From NCBI GenBank assembly GCA_965233195.1, contig CBDDSB010000016.1, positions 155,146 to 219,145 of the forward strand: 64,000 bases of DNA, given 5' to 3'. A program made the position numbers and the translations under genes. Below the pieces are notes generated by a model. That model did no database searches, had not been told where the DNA came from, and saw nothing but the letters and a program-made list of their open reading frames with translations. Shown in pieces: positions 44,297 to 53,059 of this stretch. Position 1 is the first letter of the stretch, and each line of letters opens with the position of its first letter. This DNA is from an uncultured bacterium (GTDB lineage: Bacteria; Pseudomonadota; Gammaproteobacteria; Burkholderiales; SG8-39).

Positions 44297-46051
44297 TCAG
44301 TCGACCGCGGCGGCGCTGCGCGGCCTGCTCGGATTGGGCTTGCTGAAAAAATCCGCGCCGGGAAGGAGCTGGCGGTAGCCGGCGTAGTCGCCGTCGATGC
44401 TCGCGTCCTTGATCACCACCGCGCGCAGGAAGATCACCAATTCCGTTTTCTGGTTGCCATCCCTGCGCTGCGAGAAAATCTGCCCGATCCCCGGCAGGTC
44501 GCGCACGCCGGGAATCGTGTCCTCGATGTTGGTGACGGCGTCCTGCATCAGCCCGCCGAGCACCGCGACTTGGCCGCTCTGCACGCGCAGCACCGATTCC
44601 ATCTCGCGCGTCTGGATCACCGGCACCAGGCTGGTGACGCCGGCGATGGCGAGGCTCGGGTTGGGGTCGGCGACGTCGCCGATCTTGCGCGAAATGGTCG
44701 GCCGCAGGTTCAGCACCACGGTATCGGTATCGCTGATCTGCGGCACCAGGCTCATGATGAAGCCCACCGGCACCGAATTGAGCGTGGTGGTGAAGGTTGA
44801 AATACCTGGCCCACCCACGGTAGGCGCGGACTGCGTCGCCTGGATGGTGAAATAGACCAGGTTGTCGACCACCTTCAGCACCGCGGTCTGGTTGTTGAGC
44901 ACGCTGATCTTGGGGCTGGAGAGCACGCGCACGTCGCCGAACGACTCGAGGAACTTGAGCGCGAAGTTGAAGTTGAGGCTGGTGATCGCCCCGCCGAACA
45001 CGAATGCATTGGTATTGATGCCCGCAGGGGTGTTGGCGGAGGACTGGCCGAACTCGAGGCCGCTCGCGCCCTGGTTGAAGCTCGGCACGCCGGTCGAGGT
45101 CACGCCGCCCGAGCGCAGCCGCTGCCAGTCAATGCCGCGCTGGTACTGGTTGTTGAGCTGCACCTCCGCCACCGTCGCCTCGATCAGTACCTGGCGGCGT
45201 GCGTTGGTCATCACGTTGTCGAGGAACTCCTGCACCTTCTCGTGCTGGCGGGACGTGGCGCGGATGTTGAGGATTCCCGTCTCCGGGTTGGCGATGACCG
45301 AGGCGGCCTCGCGGAACGTGGCGACCGGCGAGGGCGGCGGCGTGCCCGGGGTGGCGGACGGCGTGGCAGGCGCACCGCCAGGCTGCGCCGCCGAGGTGGT
45401 CGACGGTGGCGGTGGCGGCGGCGCGGCGGGGATCACCTTGTCGGTCTCCTGCAGGATCTCCTTGATGTTCGCGACCAGCGTGTCCCAGAACTTGTTGGCC
45501 GATATCGAATTGATGGTGGCGGTGGAATTGTTCTGCCCGCTCGCTCCCTGGCCCACCAGGCCGCCGGTGACCTGGGTCGACACCGTGGCGATGCTGCGCG
45601 CATCGCGCGTCATATTCACGTAGTCGATGCGGTATACGCGCAGGAAGGGCGTGTCGCGCATCACCACCAGGTTGCCGCCGTCGATCTCGTAGCGCATGTC
45701 GACTTGCCGCGAGATGCGCGTGAGCAGCTGCGGCAGCGTCTGGTCGATGGCATTCAGCGTCACCGTCCCGGTCAGGTCCGGGTGGATATCAACGTTGAGC
45801 CGGGCATCGCGCGCGAGCGCGAACAGCAGCTCCTGCACGCGCACGTTGTTCACCACCACGCTATAGGTCTCGGGGCGCACCGACGGCTTGGGCTGCGGCA
45901 GCATCGGCGTGATCTGCACCGGCGGCGGAATGGTCCCGGCCACGGGCCCCTGCTCACGGAGATGGGAATCGCCCGGCTTGAGCGGCTGCTGGCCGCAACC
46001 GGCGAGGACTGCCACTGCGAACGCGGCTAATGCCGTCTTTGTCGTGCTCAT
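44297..46051 (-). CDS. secretin (GspD/PilQ/MshL family), lipoprotein
   Basis: 584 aa. Lipobox VLAGC, N-domains, a Pro/Ala/Thr-rich linker, and a secretin C-domain (VLSSPKISVLNNQTAVLKV; IPGVRDLPGIGQIFS...TELVIFLRAVVI). Confidence 0.9.
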   Translation of the reverse strand: MSTTKTALAAFAVAVLAGCGQQPLKPGDSHLREQGPVAGTIPPPVQITPMLPQPKPSVRPETYSVVVNNVRVQELLFALARDARLNVDIHPDLTGTVTLNAIDQTLPQLLTRISRQVDMRYEIDGGNLVVMRDTPFLRVYRIDYVNMTRDARSIATVSTQVTGGLVGQGASGQNNSTATINSISANKFWDTLVANIKEILQETDKVIPAAPPPPPPSTTSAAQPGGAPATPSATPGTPPPSPVATFREAASVIANPETGILNIRATSRQHEKVQEFLDNVMTNARRQVLIEATVAEVQLNNQYQRGIDWQRLRSGGVTSTGVPSFNQGASGLEFGQSSANTPAGINTNAFVFGGAITSLNFNFALKFLESFGDVRVLSSPKISVLNNQTAVLKVVDNLVYFTIQATQSAPTVGGPGISTFTTTLNSVPVGFIMSLVPQISDTDTVVLNLRPTISRKIGDVADPNPSLAIAGVTSLVPVIQTREMESVLRVQSGQVAVLGGLMQDAVTNIEDTIPGVRDLPGIGQIFSQRRDGNQKTELVIFLRAVVIKDASIDGDYAGYRQLLPGADFFSKPNPSRPRSAAAVD

Positions 46052-46142
46052 TCCGAGGAACGCCCTCCCCTAGTAAGGATACCACGATCATTACCTGAGG
46101 AACCCGTCGTAAACGCCTGTCGCGCAGGCATTTTCCGCTTGT

Positions 46143-47555
46143 TTACAACTCCCGCCGGAGCTCGCCGAAGCTGCGCGGCGCGACGCGGAACGCTTCCCGG
46201 TAGCGCGGGGGCAGCCGCCGCGCGGCGGCGACGGCCTCCTCGTGGCTGGCGAAATCCCCGAACAACACCCAGAGCCGGTACTGGTCGCCCGATGCGACCG
46301 GAATCACCATCAATTCGTCCAGGGGCACAAGGTCGCGGGCGCGGAGGAGGAAGCGCTCCATGCGCGCCGGATCGCTGTTGTCGGTGACGTAGAGCTCGAG
46401 CGAATAGCGTTCGTCGTCCGCCTGTTCGAGCCGCTCGCGGCTGGCGGAGAGGCGCGCGGCGAGCAGGCGCTGCCCCGCGGGTGAATACCCGGCCAGGCGG
46501 TGCTCTTGCTCGGCGTCCAGCCGCTGTGCCGGCTCCGGTTTTGCCGGCTCGGGCGGATCTTCGCGCACCGGTTCGCGCACCGGTTCCCGGACCGCGCTTG
46601 ACGGGGCGACCGCTACGGGGGCCGGCGCGCTCGGCGCGCTCGGCTCCGGCGGCGATCGCAGCCACGGGATGCCGGCTCCCACGGCGACGCCCAACGCGGC
46701 CGCGGCGGCCAGGTATGCCAGCGGCCGCCAGGACCGGCGCGGCGCCGCAAACTCCGAATCGGCGACCGCAGCGCGCACGTGCCGGTCGGTTATTGCGTGC
46801 GTGTTCTCGGTATAGGCTGCGAGCAGGGCCTTGTCGGCGAGGATATTGATGCGCCGCGTGAGACCGTCGGCGGCGCGACCGATGCGCCGCACGGCGCGCG
46901 GCGTAAACACCTCGGGACCGCGATAGCCGGCCGCGCGCATGCGGAAGGAAAGATACTTCGCCACCTCCGCCAGCGTGAGCGGACGCATGCGGAACGAGTG
47001 CGTGATGCGGTCGCGCAGCTGGCGCAACTCGTTCTTCGCCAGGGTCTGGTCGAGCTCGGGCTGCCCGAACAGCACGATCTGCAGCAGCTTGTGCCGGTTC
47101 GACTCCAGGTTGGACAGCAGCCGCACCTGCTCCAGGGTGTCCTCGGGCATGACGTGGGCTTCGTCGATCAGGATCACCACGCGACGTCCGGCGCCGTAGA
47201 GCGCGATCAGGTGCTCCTGCAGCTCGCGCAGGGCGACGCTGCGCCGCTCAGGCGAAAGCTTGAGCTCCAGGTCGTCGGCGATCGCATGCAGGATTTCCTC
47301 GCGCGCGAGCGACGCCGTGGCGAGGTAGATGGTCGCCACCTGCGGCGGCAGACGCTCCATCAGCACCCGGCACAGCATGGTCTTGCCGCTGCCGACCTCG
47401 CCCGACACCTTGACGATGCCCTCGTCGTGCAGCACGGCGTAGATCAGCGCCTCGAGCGTGGCGCCGCGGTCCGCGCCATCGAAGAAGAAATCGGTGTGCG
47501 GCGTGATGCGAAACGGCGGCTCGGTGAGCCCGAAGTGCTCCAGATACAGCGCCAC
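46143..47555 (-). CDS. ExeA/GspA/MshM-like AAA+ ATPase with TM and SPOR-like periplasmic domain
   Basis: 470 aa. MALYLEHFGLTEPPFRITP, Walker A GEVGSGKT, Walker B VVILIDEAH, a TM (LAYLAAAAALGVAVGAGI), a Pro-rich linker with REPV repeats, and a C-terminal YRLWVLFGDFASHEEAVAAARRLP (SPOR-like). Confidence 0.85.
   Translation of the reverse strand: MALYLEHFGLTEPPFRITPHTDFFFDGADRGATLEALIYAVLHDEGIVKVSGEVGSGKTMLCRVLMERLPPQVATIYLATASLAREEILHAIADDLELKLSPERRSVALRELQEHLIALYGAGRRVVILIDEAHVMPEDTLEQVRLLSNLESNRHKLLQIVLFGQPELDQTLAKNELRQLRDRITHSFRMRPLTLAEVAKYLSFRMRAAGYRGPEVFTPRAVRRIGRAADGLTRRINILADKALLAAYTENTHAITDRHVRAAVADSEFAAPRRSWRPLAYLAAAAALGVAVGAGIPWLRSPPEPSAPSAPAPVAVAPSSAVREPVREPVREDPPEPAKPEPAQRLDAEQEHRLAGYSPAGQRLLAARLSASRERLEQADDERYSLELYVTDNSDPARMERFLLRARDLVPLDELMVIPVASGDQYRLWVLFGDFASHEEAVAAARRLPPRYREAFRVAPRSFGELRREL
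46560..46595. repeat. 12-bp tandem repeat x3 (third copy degenerate) in the ExeA-like linker
   Basis: ttcgcgcaccgg ttcgcgcaccgg ttcccggaccgc. This encodes the REPV-REPV-RE segment on the coding strand. Confidence 0.7.
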
Positions 47556-47557
47556 GC

Positions 47558-48940
47558 CTACTTGTCCTCGCCGCTGTTCATGCGGCTGTAGAGGGTGGTG
47601 CGATTGACGCCGAGCAGCTTCGCCGCCTGGCTGACGTTGCCGCGGGTGAGGCGCAGCGCCGCCTCGATATAGCCGCGCTCCCAGGCCTTCAGGGTCTGGT
47701 CGAGGTCGAACGCGCCGCCGCGCTCGAGCTGGCGCAGGGCCTGCTCGGCGATGGCGTCTTTCGCCTCACCTCTCGGAAAGCGTTGTTCTTCGATGTCCAG
47801 CTCCGGCTCGAGCTCGGCCGGCGACAGGCGCTGCCCGGGGTACTTGGCGGCGAGGCGGATGACGATGTTGCGCAGCTCGCGCACGTTCCCCGGGAAGTCG
47901 TAGCGCAGCCAGCGCGCGGCCGCGGCGTCGTCGAGCTCGAACGAATCCTTCTTGAAGTGATCCAGCAGCAGGAGCTTGTCCTGTTCCAGCTCGCGCAGCG
48001 GCGGCACGCTCAGCGTGAACACCGACAGGCGGTGGTAGAGATCGGCACGGAACGCGCCCTCGCGCACCGCGCGACGCAGGTCGCGGTTGGTGGCGGCGAC
48101 GACGCGGCAGCGCGCGACCCGGCGCTGGGTCTCGCCCACGCGCTGGTACTCGCCGTTCTCGAGCACGCGCAGCAGCTTCGCCTGCATCTCGATCGGCAGC
48201 TCGCCGATCTCGTCAAGGAACAAGGTGCCGTCGGCCGCATCCTCGAAGAAGCCCGGCTTGGTCGCCTGGGCGCCGGTAAAGGCGCCTTTGACGTGGCCGA
48301 ACAGCGTGGGCTCGACGAGCTGCGGCGAGATCGCCGCGCAGTTCAGGCTGAAATACGGTCGCGAGGCGCGCGGCGACAGGCGGTGCAGTCGCGTCGCTAC
48401 CAGCTCCTTGCCGCTGCCCGATTCGCCTTCGATCAGCACCGGATAAGGTGCGCCGGCGAATTGCGCGATCTGGCTCTTCAGCTTGGCGAGCGGCGGGCTC
48501 GCGCCGACGAAGTCCTGCGCCTCGGTTGCCGGCAGCTCCAGGCCCCGCGCGAGCGCGCGCGCGAGGCTCGCCGGATCGGCGGGCTTGGCGACGAACTCCC
48601 AGGCGCCGAGCGCACGCGCGTGGCGCGCGTTGGCGGCCTCGTTCTGGCCCGACAGCACGAAGATGCGCATGCGCGGCGAGTGCGCGAGCAGGTCGGCGAT
48701 CAGGCGAAAGCCCTCCTCCGGCGAGTGCGGCGCCGGCGGCAGCCCGAGGTCGACCAGCGCGAGCGGCGGCGGCGCGTCCAGCTGGCGCAAGAGCTCGATG
48801 GCGTGCGGGCGCGAGTCGCAGGCGTAGACCGTGTATTCGGCGCCGAGCGCGAAGGCGAGCGTGTCGGTGATCAGCGGGTCGTCGTCCACGACCAGCAACC
48901 CCGGCTTTCCTTCAGACTTGAATTGCGGCTTCGTTGTCAC
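47558..48940 (-). CDS. sigma-54-dependent response regulator (receiver + AAA+ EBP + Fis-type HTH)
   Basis: 460 aa. Receiver LLVVDDD...ALVDLGLPP...FVAKP. AAA+ GESGSGKE, GAFTGA loop (GHVKGAFTGAQ), FPGNVRELRN, and a C-terminal HTH NVSQAAKLLGVNRTTLYSRM. Confidence 0.92.
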   Translation of the reverse strand: MTTKPQFKSEGKPGLLVVDDDPLITDTLAFALGAEYTVYACDSRPHAIELLRQLDAPPPLALVDLGLPPAPHSPEEGFRLIADLLAHSPRMRIFVLSGQNEAANARHARALGAWEFVAKPADPASLARALARGLELPATEAQDFVGASPPLAKLKSQIAQFAGAPYPVLIEGESGSGKELVATRLHRLSPRASRPYFSLNCAAISPQLVEPTLFGHVKGAFTGAQATKPGFFEDAADGTLFLDEIGELPIEMQAKLLRVLENGEYQRVGETQRRVARCRVVAATNRDLRRAVREGAFRADLYHRLSVFTLSVPPLRELEQDKLLLLDHFKKDSFELDDAAAARWLRYDFPGNVRELRNIVIRLAAKYPGQRLSPAELEPELDIEEQRFPRGEAKDAIAEQALRQLERGGAFDLDQTLKAWERGYIEAALRLTRGNVSQAAKLLGVNRTTLYSRMNSGEDK

Positions 48941-49649
48941 GAACGCATCTCATGAACGCGGTTTCGAGGCTGGCCTCGCCGTAGCGCGCGCGCAGCGCGG
49001 CCGGGGTTCCCCGCCAGCGCACCCGGCCGCGGTCGAGCACCGCGATGGACGTGCACAGCTCGTCGACGTCGGCGAGCACGTGCGAGGTGAAGAACAGCGT
49101 GCGGCCCTCGGCGGCAAGGCGGCGCAGCACCGATTTCACCGCGACGCGCGCCGCGGGGTCAAGGCCGCTCATCGGTTCGTCAAGCAGGTACAGATCGCGC
49201 GGCAGCAGGAAGCAGGCGGCGAGGCCGAGCTTCTGCGTCATGCCTTTCGACAGCGTCCGCACCGGCCGCTCGAGCGCCCCGCGCTCCAGCTCGAGCTCAT
49301 CGAACAGCGCCACGGCCCGGGATGCGTCATAACGCGCGCCGGCGAGCTCCAACATCATGGAGAGGAATTCGCGTCCGCGCAGGTAGTGGGGCGGGTTGAA
49401 GCGCTCCGGCAGATAAGCAAGGCGACGCCTTGCCGCGGGGTCCTGCGCGGCGATACCGAAAATCTCGATCGCACCGGCGTCGCGCGCAATGAGATCGAGC
49501 ACGCACTTGATCAGCGTGGTCTTGCCGGCGCCGTTGGCGCCCACCAATCCGAATGCCTCGCCGGCCGCGACGTCGATATCGACGCGCGCCAGCGCTTCGT
49601 CTCGGTTGTAACGCTTGACGAGCGCCGCAATTCTTAACGCTTCCCCCAT
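48912..49649 (-). CDS. ABC transporter ATP-binding protein (ABC-2/DrrA-like subfamily)
   Basis: Internal Met (MGEALRIAALVKRY) of ORF 48912-50429, 245 aa. GANGAGKTT, LSKGMTQKLGLA and LYLLDEPMSGLDP. The 3' end overlaps the response-regulator start by 29 nt. Confidence 0.85.
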   Translation of the reverse strand: MGEALRIAALVKRYNRDEALARVDIDVAAGEAFGLVGANGAGKTTLIKCVLDLIARDAGAIEIFGIAAQDPAARRRLAYLPERFNPPHYLRGREFLSMMLELAGARYDASRAVALFDELELERGALERPVRTLSKGMTQKLGLAACFLLPRDLYLLDEPMSGLDPAARVAVKSVLRRLAAEGRTLFFTSHVLADVDELCTSIAVLDRGRVRWRGTPAALRARYGEASLETAFMRCVRDNEAAIQV

Positions 49650-49667
49650 GCTTGATAATATTACGCC

Positions 49668-50477
49668 GTGCCGCAAGCGCAGATTGTTGAAATACAGGAC
49701 GTTTCCTTCGGCTATGACCCCGCCCGGCCGGTGCTGCGAGACATCAATCTCGCGATCCCGCGCGGCGCGGTCGTCGGCATCATGGGGCAATCGGGCTGCG
49801 GCAAGACCACGCTGCTGCGCATCATCATGGGCGCCTACCTGCCCTCGCGCGGCAGCGCGCGCGTGCTCGGGCACGCGACCCGCGAGCTCGACGCCGATGG
49901 CCTGTATGCCATGCGCCGCAAGATGGGCATGCTGTTCCAGTTCGGGGCCCTGTTCACCGACATGTCGGTCTACGAGAACGTGGCCTTTCCGCTGCGCGAG
50001 CACGCCGACCTGCCGCCCGAGCTGCTGCACGACCTGGTGACGCTCAAGCTGGAGGCGGTCGGCCTGCGCGGCGCGGCGCACCTGATGCCGACCGAGCTTT
50101 CCGGCGGCATGGCGCGGCGCGTGGCGCTCGCGCGCTCGATCGCGCTCGACCCGCAGCTCATCCTGTACGACGAGCCGTTCACCGGCCTCGACCCGATCTC
50201 GTTCGGCGTCATCGTGCGCCTGATCCGCAGCCTGAATGATTCGCTCGGCGCCACCTCGGTGATCGTCACGCACGACGTGCAGGAGGCGCTGGACGTGGTG
50301 GACTACGTGTATTTCATGGCGGCCGGCCGCGTCATCGCGCAAGGCACGCCGGACGAGATCCGGGCGAGCCCCGAGCCGTTCGTCAACCAGTTCGTGAACG
50401 GCCGGCCCGACGGGCCGGTGCCGTTCCACTACCCGGCGCCGGAATACGCCGCGGATCTCGAAGTGGTTGCGGTTTGA
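49668..50477 (+). CDS. mlaF: phospholipid ABC transporter ATP-binding protein MlaF
   Basis: 269 aa, GTG start. GQSGCGKTT, LSGGMARRVALARS and ILYDEPFTGLDP. Followed by mlaE and mlaD. Confidence 0.9.
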   Translation: MPQAQIVEIQDVSFGYDPARPVLRDINLAIPRGAVVGIMGQSGCGKTTLLRIIMGAYLPSRGSARVLGHATRELDADGLYAMRRKMGMLFQFGALFTDMSVYENVAFPLREHADLPPELLHDLVTLKLEAVGLRGAAHLMPTELSGGMARRVALARSIALDPQLILYDEPFTGLDPISFGVIVRLIRSLNDSLGATSVIVTHDVQEALDVVDYVYFMAAGRVIAQGTPDEIRASPEPFVNQFVNGRPDGPVPFHYPAPEYAADLEVVAV

Positions 50478-51280
50478 TCGAACTCGCCTGGCTTCGCAGC
50501 CGCCTCGAGCGCCTGGGGGGCACGGTGACCTCGCAGGTCTGGCGCCTGGGGTACGCCAGCCGCTTCCTGTTTTATCTGGTGATGCACTCCGGCACGGCGC
50601 TGCGCCGCTTTCGCCTGACCACGGCCGAGATCTACTTCGCCGGCGTGCTGTCGCTGGTGATCATCCTGGTTTCGGGACTGTTCGTCGGCATGGTGCTCGC
50701 GCTGCAGGGCTACGAGACGCTGCAGCGCTTCGGCGCCTCGGAGTCGCTCGGCGTGCTGGTCGCGCTCTCCCTGGTGCGTGAGCTCGGCCCGGTGGTGGCC
50801 GGCCTGCTGTTCGCGAGCCGCGCGGGCTCGGCGATCACCGCGGAGATCGGCCTGATGAAGGCGACCGAGCAGATTTCGGCGATGGAAATGATGGCGGTCG
50901 ACCCGATCGCGCGCGTGGTGGCGCCGCGCTTCTGGGGCGGGGTGCTGTCGATGCCGCTGCTCGCGGCGCTGTTTTCGGCCGCCGGCGTGTTCGGCGGCTA
51001 TCTCGTGGGGGTGCAGCTCATCGGCGTCGACGCCGGCGCGTTCTGGTCGCAGATGCAGGCGGCGGTCGACGTGCGCAACGATATCCTGAACGGCGTGATC
51101 AAGAGTGTAGTGTTCGGCGTCGCCGTGACCTGGATCGCCGTGTTCGAGGGTTACGATGCGCCGCCGACCGCGGAAGGCGTGTCGCGCGCCACCACGCGCA
51201 CGGTGGTGACCTCCTCGCTCGCTATTCTTGCGCTCGACTTCGTTCTGACGGCGCTAATGTTCACTGGAGGCAACCACTGA
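50474..51280 (+). CDS. mlaE: phospholipid ABC transporter permease MlaE
   Basis: 268 aa, polytopic. LVRELGPVVAGLLFASRAGSAITAEIG motif. Confidence 0.9.
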   Translation: MIELAWLRSRLERLGGTVTSQVWRLGYASRFLFYLVMHSGTALRRFRLTTAEIYFAGVLSLVIILVSGLFVGMVLALQGYETLQRFGASESLGVLVALSLVRELGPVVAGLLFASRAGSAITAEIGLMKATEQISAMEMMAVDPIARVVAPRFWGGVLSMPLLAALFSAAGVFGGYLVGVQLIGVDAGAFWSQMQAAVDVRNDILNGVIKSVVFGVAVTWIAVFEGYDAPPTAEGVSRATTRTVVTSSLAILALDFVLTALMFTGGNH

Positions 51281-51765
51281 TGAACCGCTCGATGATCGAT
51301 CTGTGGGTCGGAGTCTTCGTCGCGGTCGGATTCGCCGCGCTGCTGTTCCTGGCGCTCAAGGTCGGCAACCTCGCGACTTTCTCCACCGACCAGACCTACC
51401 AGGTGCACGCCAAGTTCGCCAACATCGGCGGACTCAAGGTGCGCGGCCCGGTGAAGAGCGCGGGCGTGGTGGTGGGGCGCGTGGCCGACATCCGCTTCGA
51501 CAACGAAAGCTACGAGGCCATCGTCTCGATGACGCTCGGGCTCAATTACCAGTTTCCGCGCGACACCACCGCCAAGATCCTGACTTCCGGCATCCTCGGG
51601 GAGCAGTACGTCGGCCTGGAAGCGGGCGGCGATGGCGTGATGCTCAAGCAGGGCGACCGCGTGCGGCTGACGCAGTCGGCCGTGGTGCTGGAGAATCTGA
51701 TCAGCCAGTTCCTGTTCAACAAGGCCGCCGAAGGCAAGCCGGAAGGGAAGGACGAGAAGAAGTGA
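51280..51765 (+). CDS. mlaD: outer membrane lipid asymmetry protein MlaD (MCE domain)
   Basis: 161 aa. N-terminal anchor and MCE motif GLKVRGPVKSAGVVVGRV. Confidence 0.88.
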   Translation: MNRSMIDLWVGVFVAVGFAALLFLALKVGNLATFSTDQTYQVHAKFANIGGLKVRGPVKSAGVVVGRVADIRFDNESYEAIVSMTLGLNYQFPRDTTAKILTSGILGEQYVGLEAGGDGVMLKQGDRVRLTQSAVVLENLISQFLFNKAAEGKPEGKDEKK

Positions 51766-52457
51766 GGCAGGTTTTACTCATCGCCCTGTTGACCGCGCTC
51801 GCGGGCTGCGCCAGCACCGGCGAGGAGCGCGACCCGCGGGATCCCTTCGAGCCTTTCAACCGTGGCGTCTATCGCTTCAACGACAAGTTCGACGAGTACC
51901 TGGCGACGCCCGTGGCGCGCACCTATCGCAAGGCGGTGCACCAGGAGATTCGCTCGCGGGTGGGGAACTTCTTCGCCAACATCCAGGATCTGTTCATCGG
52001 CGTGAACAATTTCCTGCAGGGCAAGGTGCAGGATGGCGTCAACGACTGGGCGCGCTTTGCGTTTAATAGCTCGTTCGGGCTGCTGGGAATCCACGATGTC
52101 GCCTCGGAATGGGGGTTGGAGAAGCACAACGAGGATTTCGGCCAGACCTTCGGCCGCTGGGGCGTGCCGCCGGGGCCGTACCTCGTGTTGCCGTTCCTCA
52201 GCTCGAGCACGGTGCGCGACGGCGTCGGAACTGCAATCGACTACACCGTCTCGCCGGCTAGCGAGATTCGGCCGATCAACCTGCGCAACACGTTGTACGG
52301 GCTTTACCTGGTCAATACCCGGGCCGAGCTGCTCGACGCGAGCCGGCTGCTCGAGGAGGCGGCGCTGGACCGGTACGTGTTCCAGCGCGACGCCTATCTG
52401 CAGCGGCGCCGCAGCCTGATCTACGACGGCAGCCCGCCGCGCGAAAAACTGGAGTAA
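51762..52457 (+). CDS. mlaA: MlaA/VacJ family lipoprotein
   Basis: In-frame GTG at 51762 within ORF 51303-52457. Lipobox LTALAGC, DPFEPFNRGVYRFND and GPYLVLPFL motifs. Confidence 0.82.
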   Translation: MRQVLLIALLTALAGCASTGEERDPRDPFEPFNRGVYRFNDKFDEYLATPVARTYRKAVHQEIRSRVGNFFANIQDLFIGVNNFLQGKVQDGVNDWARFAFNSSFGLLGIHDVASEWGLEKHNEDFGQTFGRWGVPPGPYLVLPFLSSSTVRDGVGTAIDYTVSPASEIRPINLRNTLYGLYLVNTRAELLDASRLLEEAALDRYVFQRDAYLQRRRSLIYDGSPPREKLE

Positions 52458-52459
52458 CC

Positions 52460-53059
52460 ATGAACAAACTCATTGCAACCATGCTGTCCTGCGCGCTGCT
52501 GACCCCGGCGCTCGCGCAGGACCTAGCGCCCGATGTGCTGGTGAAGAACGTCACCCAGGAGGTGGTGGCGCTCATCGCCAAGGATAAGGACATCAAGGCC
52601 GGCAATCGCACCAAGCTGGTGGAGGTGATCGAGGCCAAGGTGCTGCCGCACTTCAATTTTGCCGCCATGACCGCGCTCGCCATGGGGCAGAACTGGGGCA
52701 AGGCGAATCCAGAGCAGAAAAAGCAGCTCACCGAGGAGTTCAAGACCCTGCTGGTGCGCACCTACGCAAGCGCCCTGGCCGCGTACAGCGAGCAGAAGTT
52801 CGATTTCCGCCCGTTGCGCGCCAAGCCGACCGACACCGACGTCACGGTGAACGTGCGCGTGCTGCAGCCCGGCGCTCAGGCCGTCACCATCGACTACAGC
52901 ATGGAGAAGACCGGCAGCGGCTGGAAGGTGTACGACGTGATGGTGGGAGGCGTCAGCCTGGTGGCGAACTACCGCACGGAGTTTTCCAACACGGTGCGCA
53001 ACTCCAGCATCGACGGGCTGATCAAGGAGCTGCGGGCCAAGAACCAGGGGAAGAAGTGA
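52460..53059 (+). CDS. mlaC: phospholipid-binding periplasmic protein MlaC (Ttg2D)
   Basis: 199 aa. Signal peptide and the toluene-tolerance family pattern (FNFAAMTALAMGQNW...). Synteny. Confidence 0.85.
   Translation: MNKLIATMLSCALLTPALAQDLAPDVLVKNVTQEVVALIAKDKDIKAGNRTKLVEVIEAKVLPHFNFAAMTALAMGQNWGKANPEQKKQLTEEFKTLLVRTYASALAAYSEQKFDFRPLRAKPTDTDVTVNVRVLQPGAQAVTIDYSMEKTGSGWKVYDVMVGGVSLVANYRTEFSNTVRNSSIDGLIKELRAKNQGKK

Noticed and set aside
46052-46142. 91-nt gap between the ExeA-like and secretin genes, examined for an internal sigma-54 promoter or terminator
   Set aside because: Only a weak TGGTAT...CTAG match and an imperfect 7-bp hairpin (atgcctg/caggcgt) without a T-run were found. This is not enough to call either feature.
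30870-48940. PEP-CTERM sorting signals or an exosortase that would explain the PrsK/PrsR-like regulators
   Set aside because: None of the C-termini in the locus show a PEP motif followed by a hydrophobic helix and a basic tail. No exosortase-like polytopic protein was recognised.
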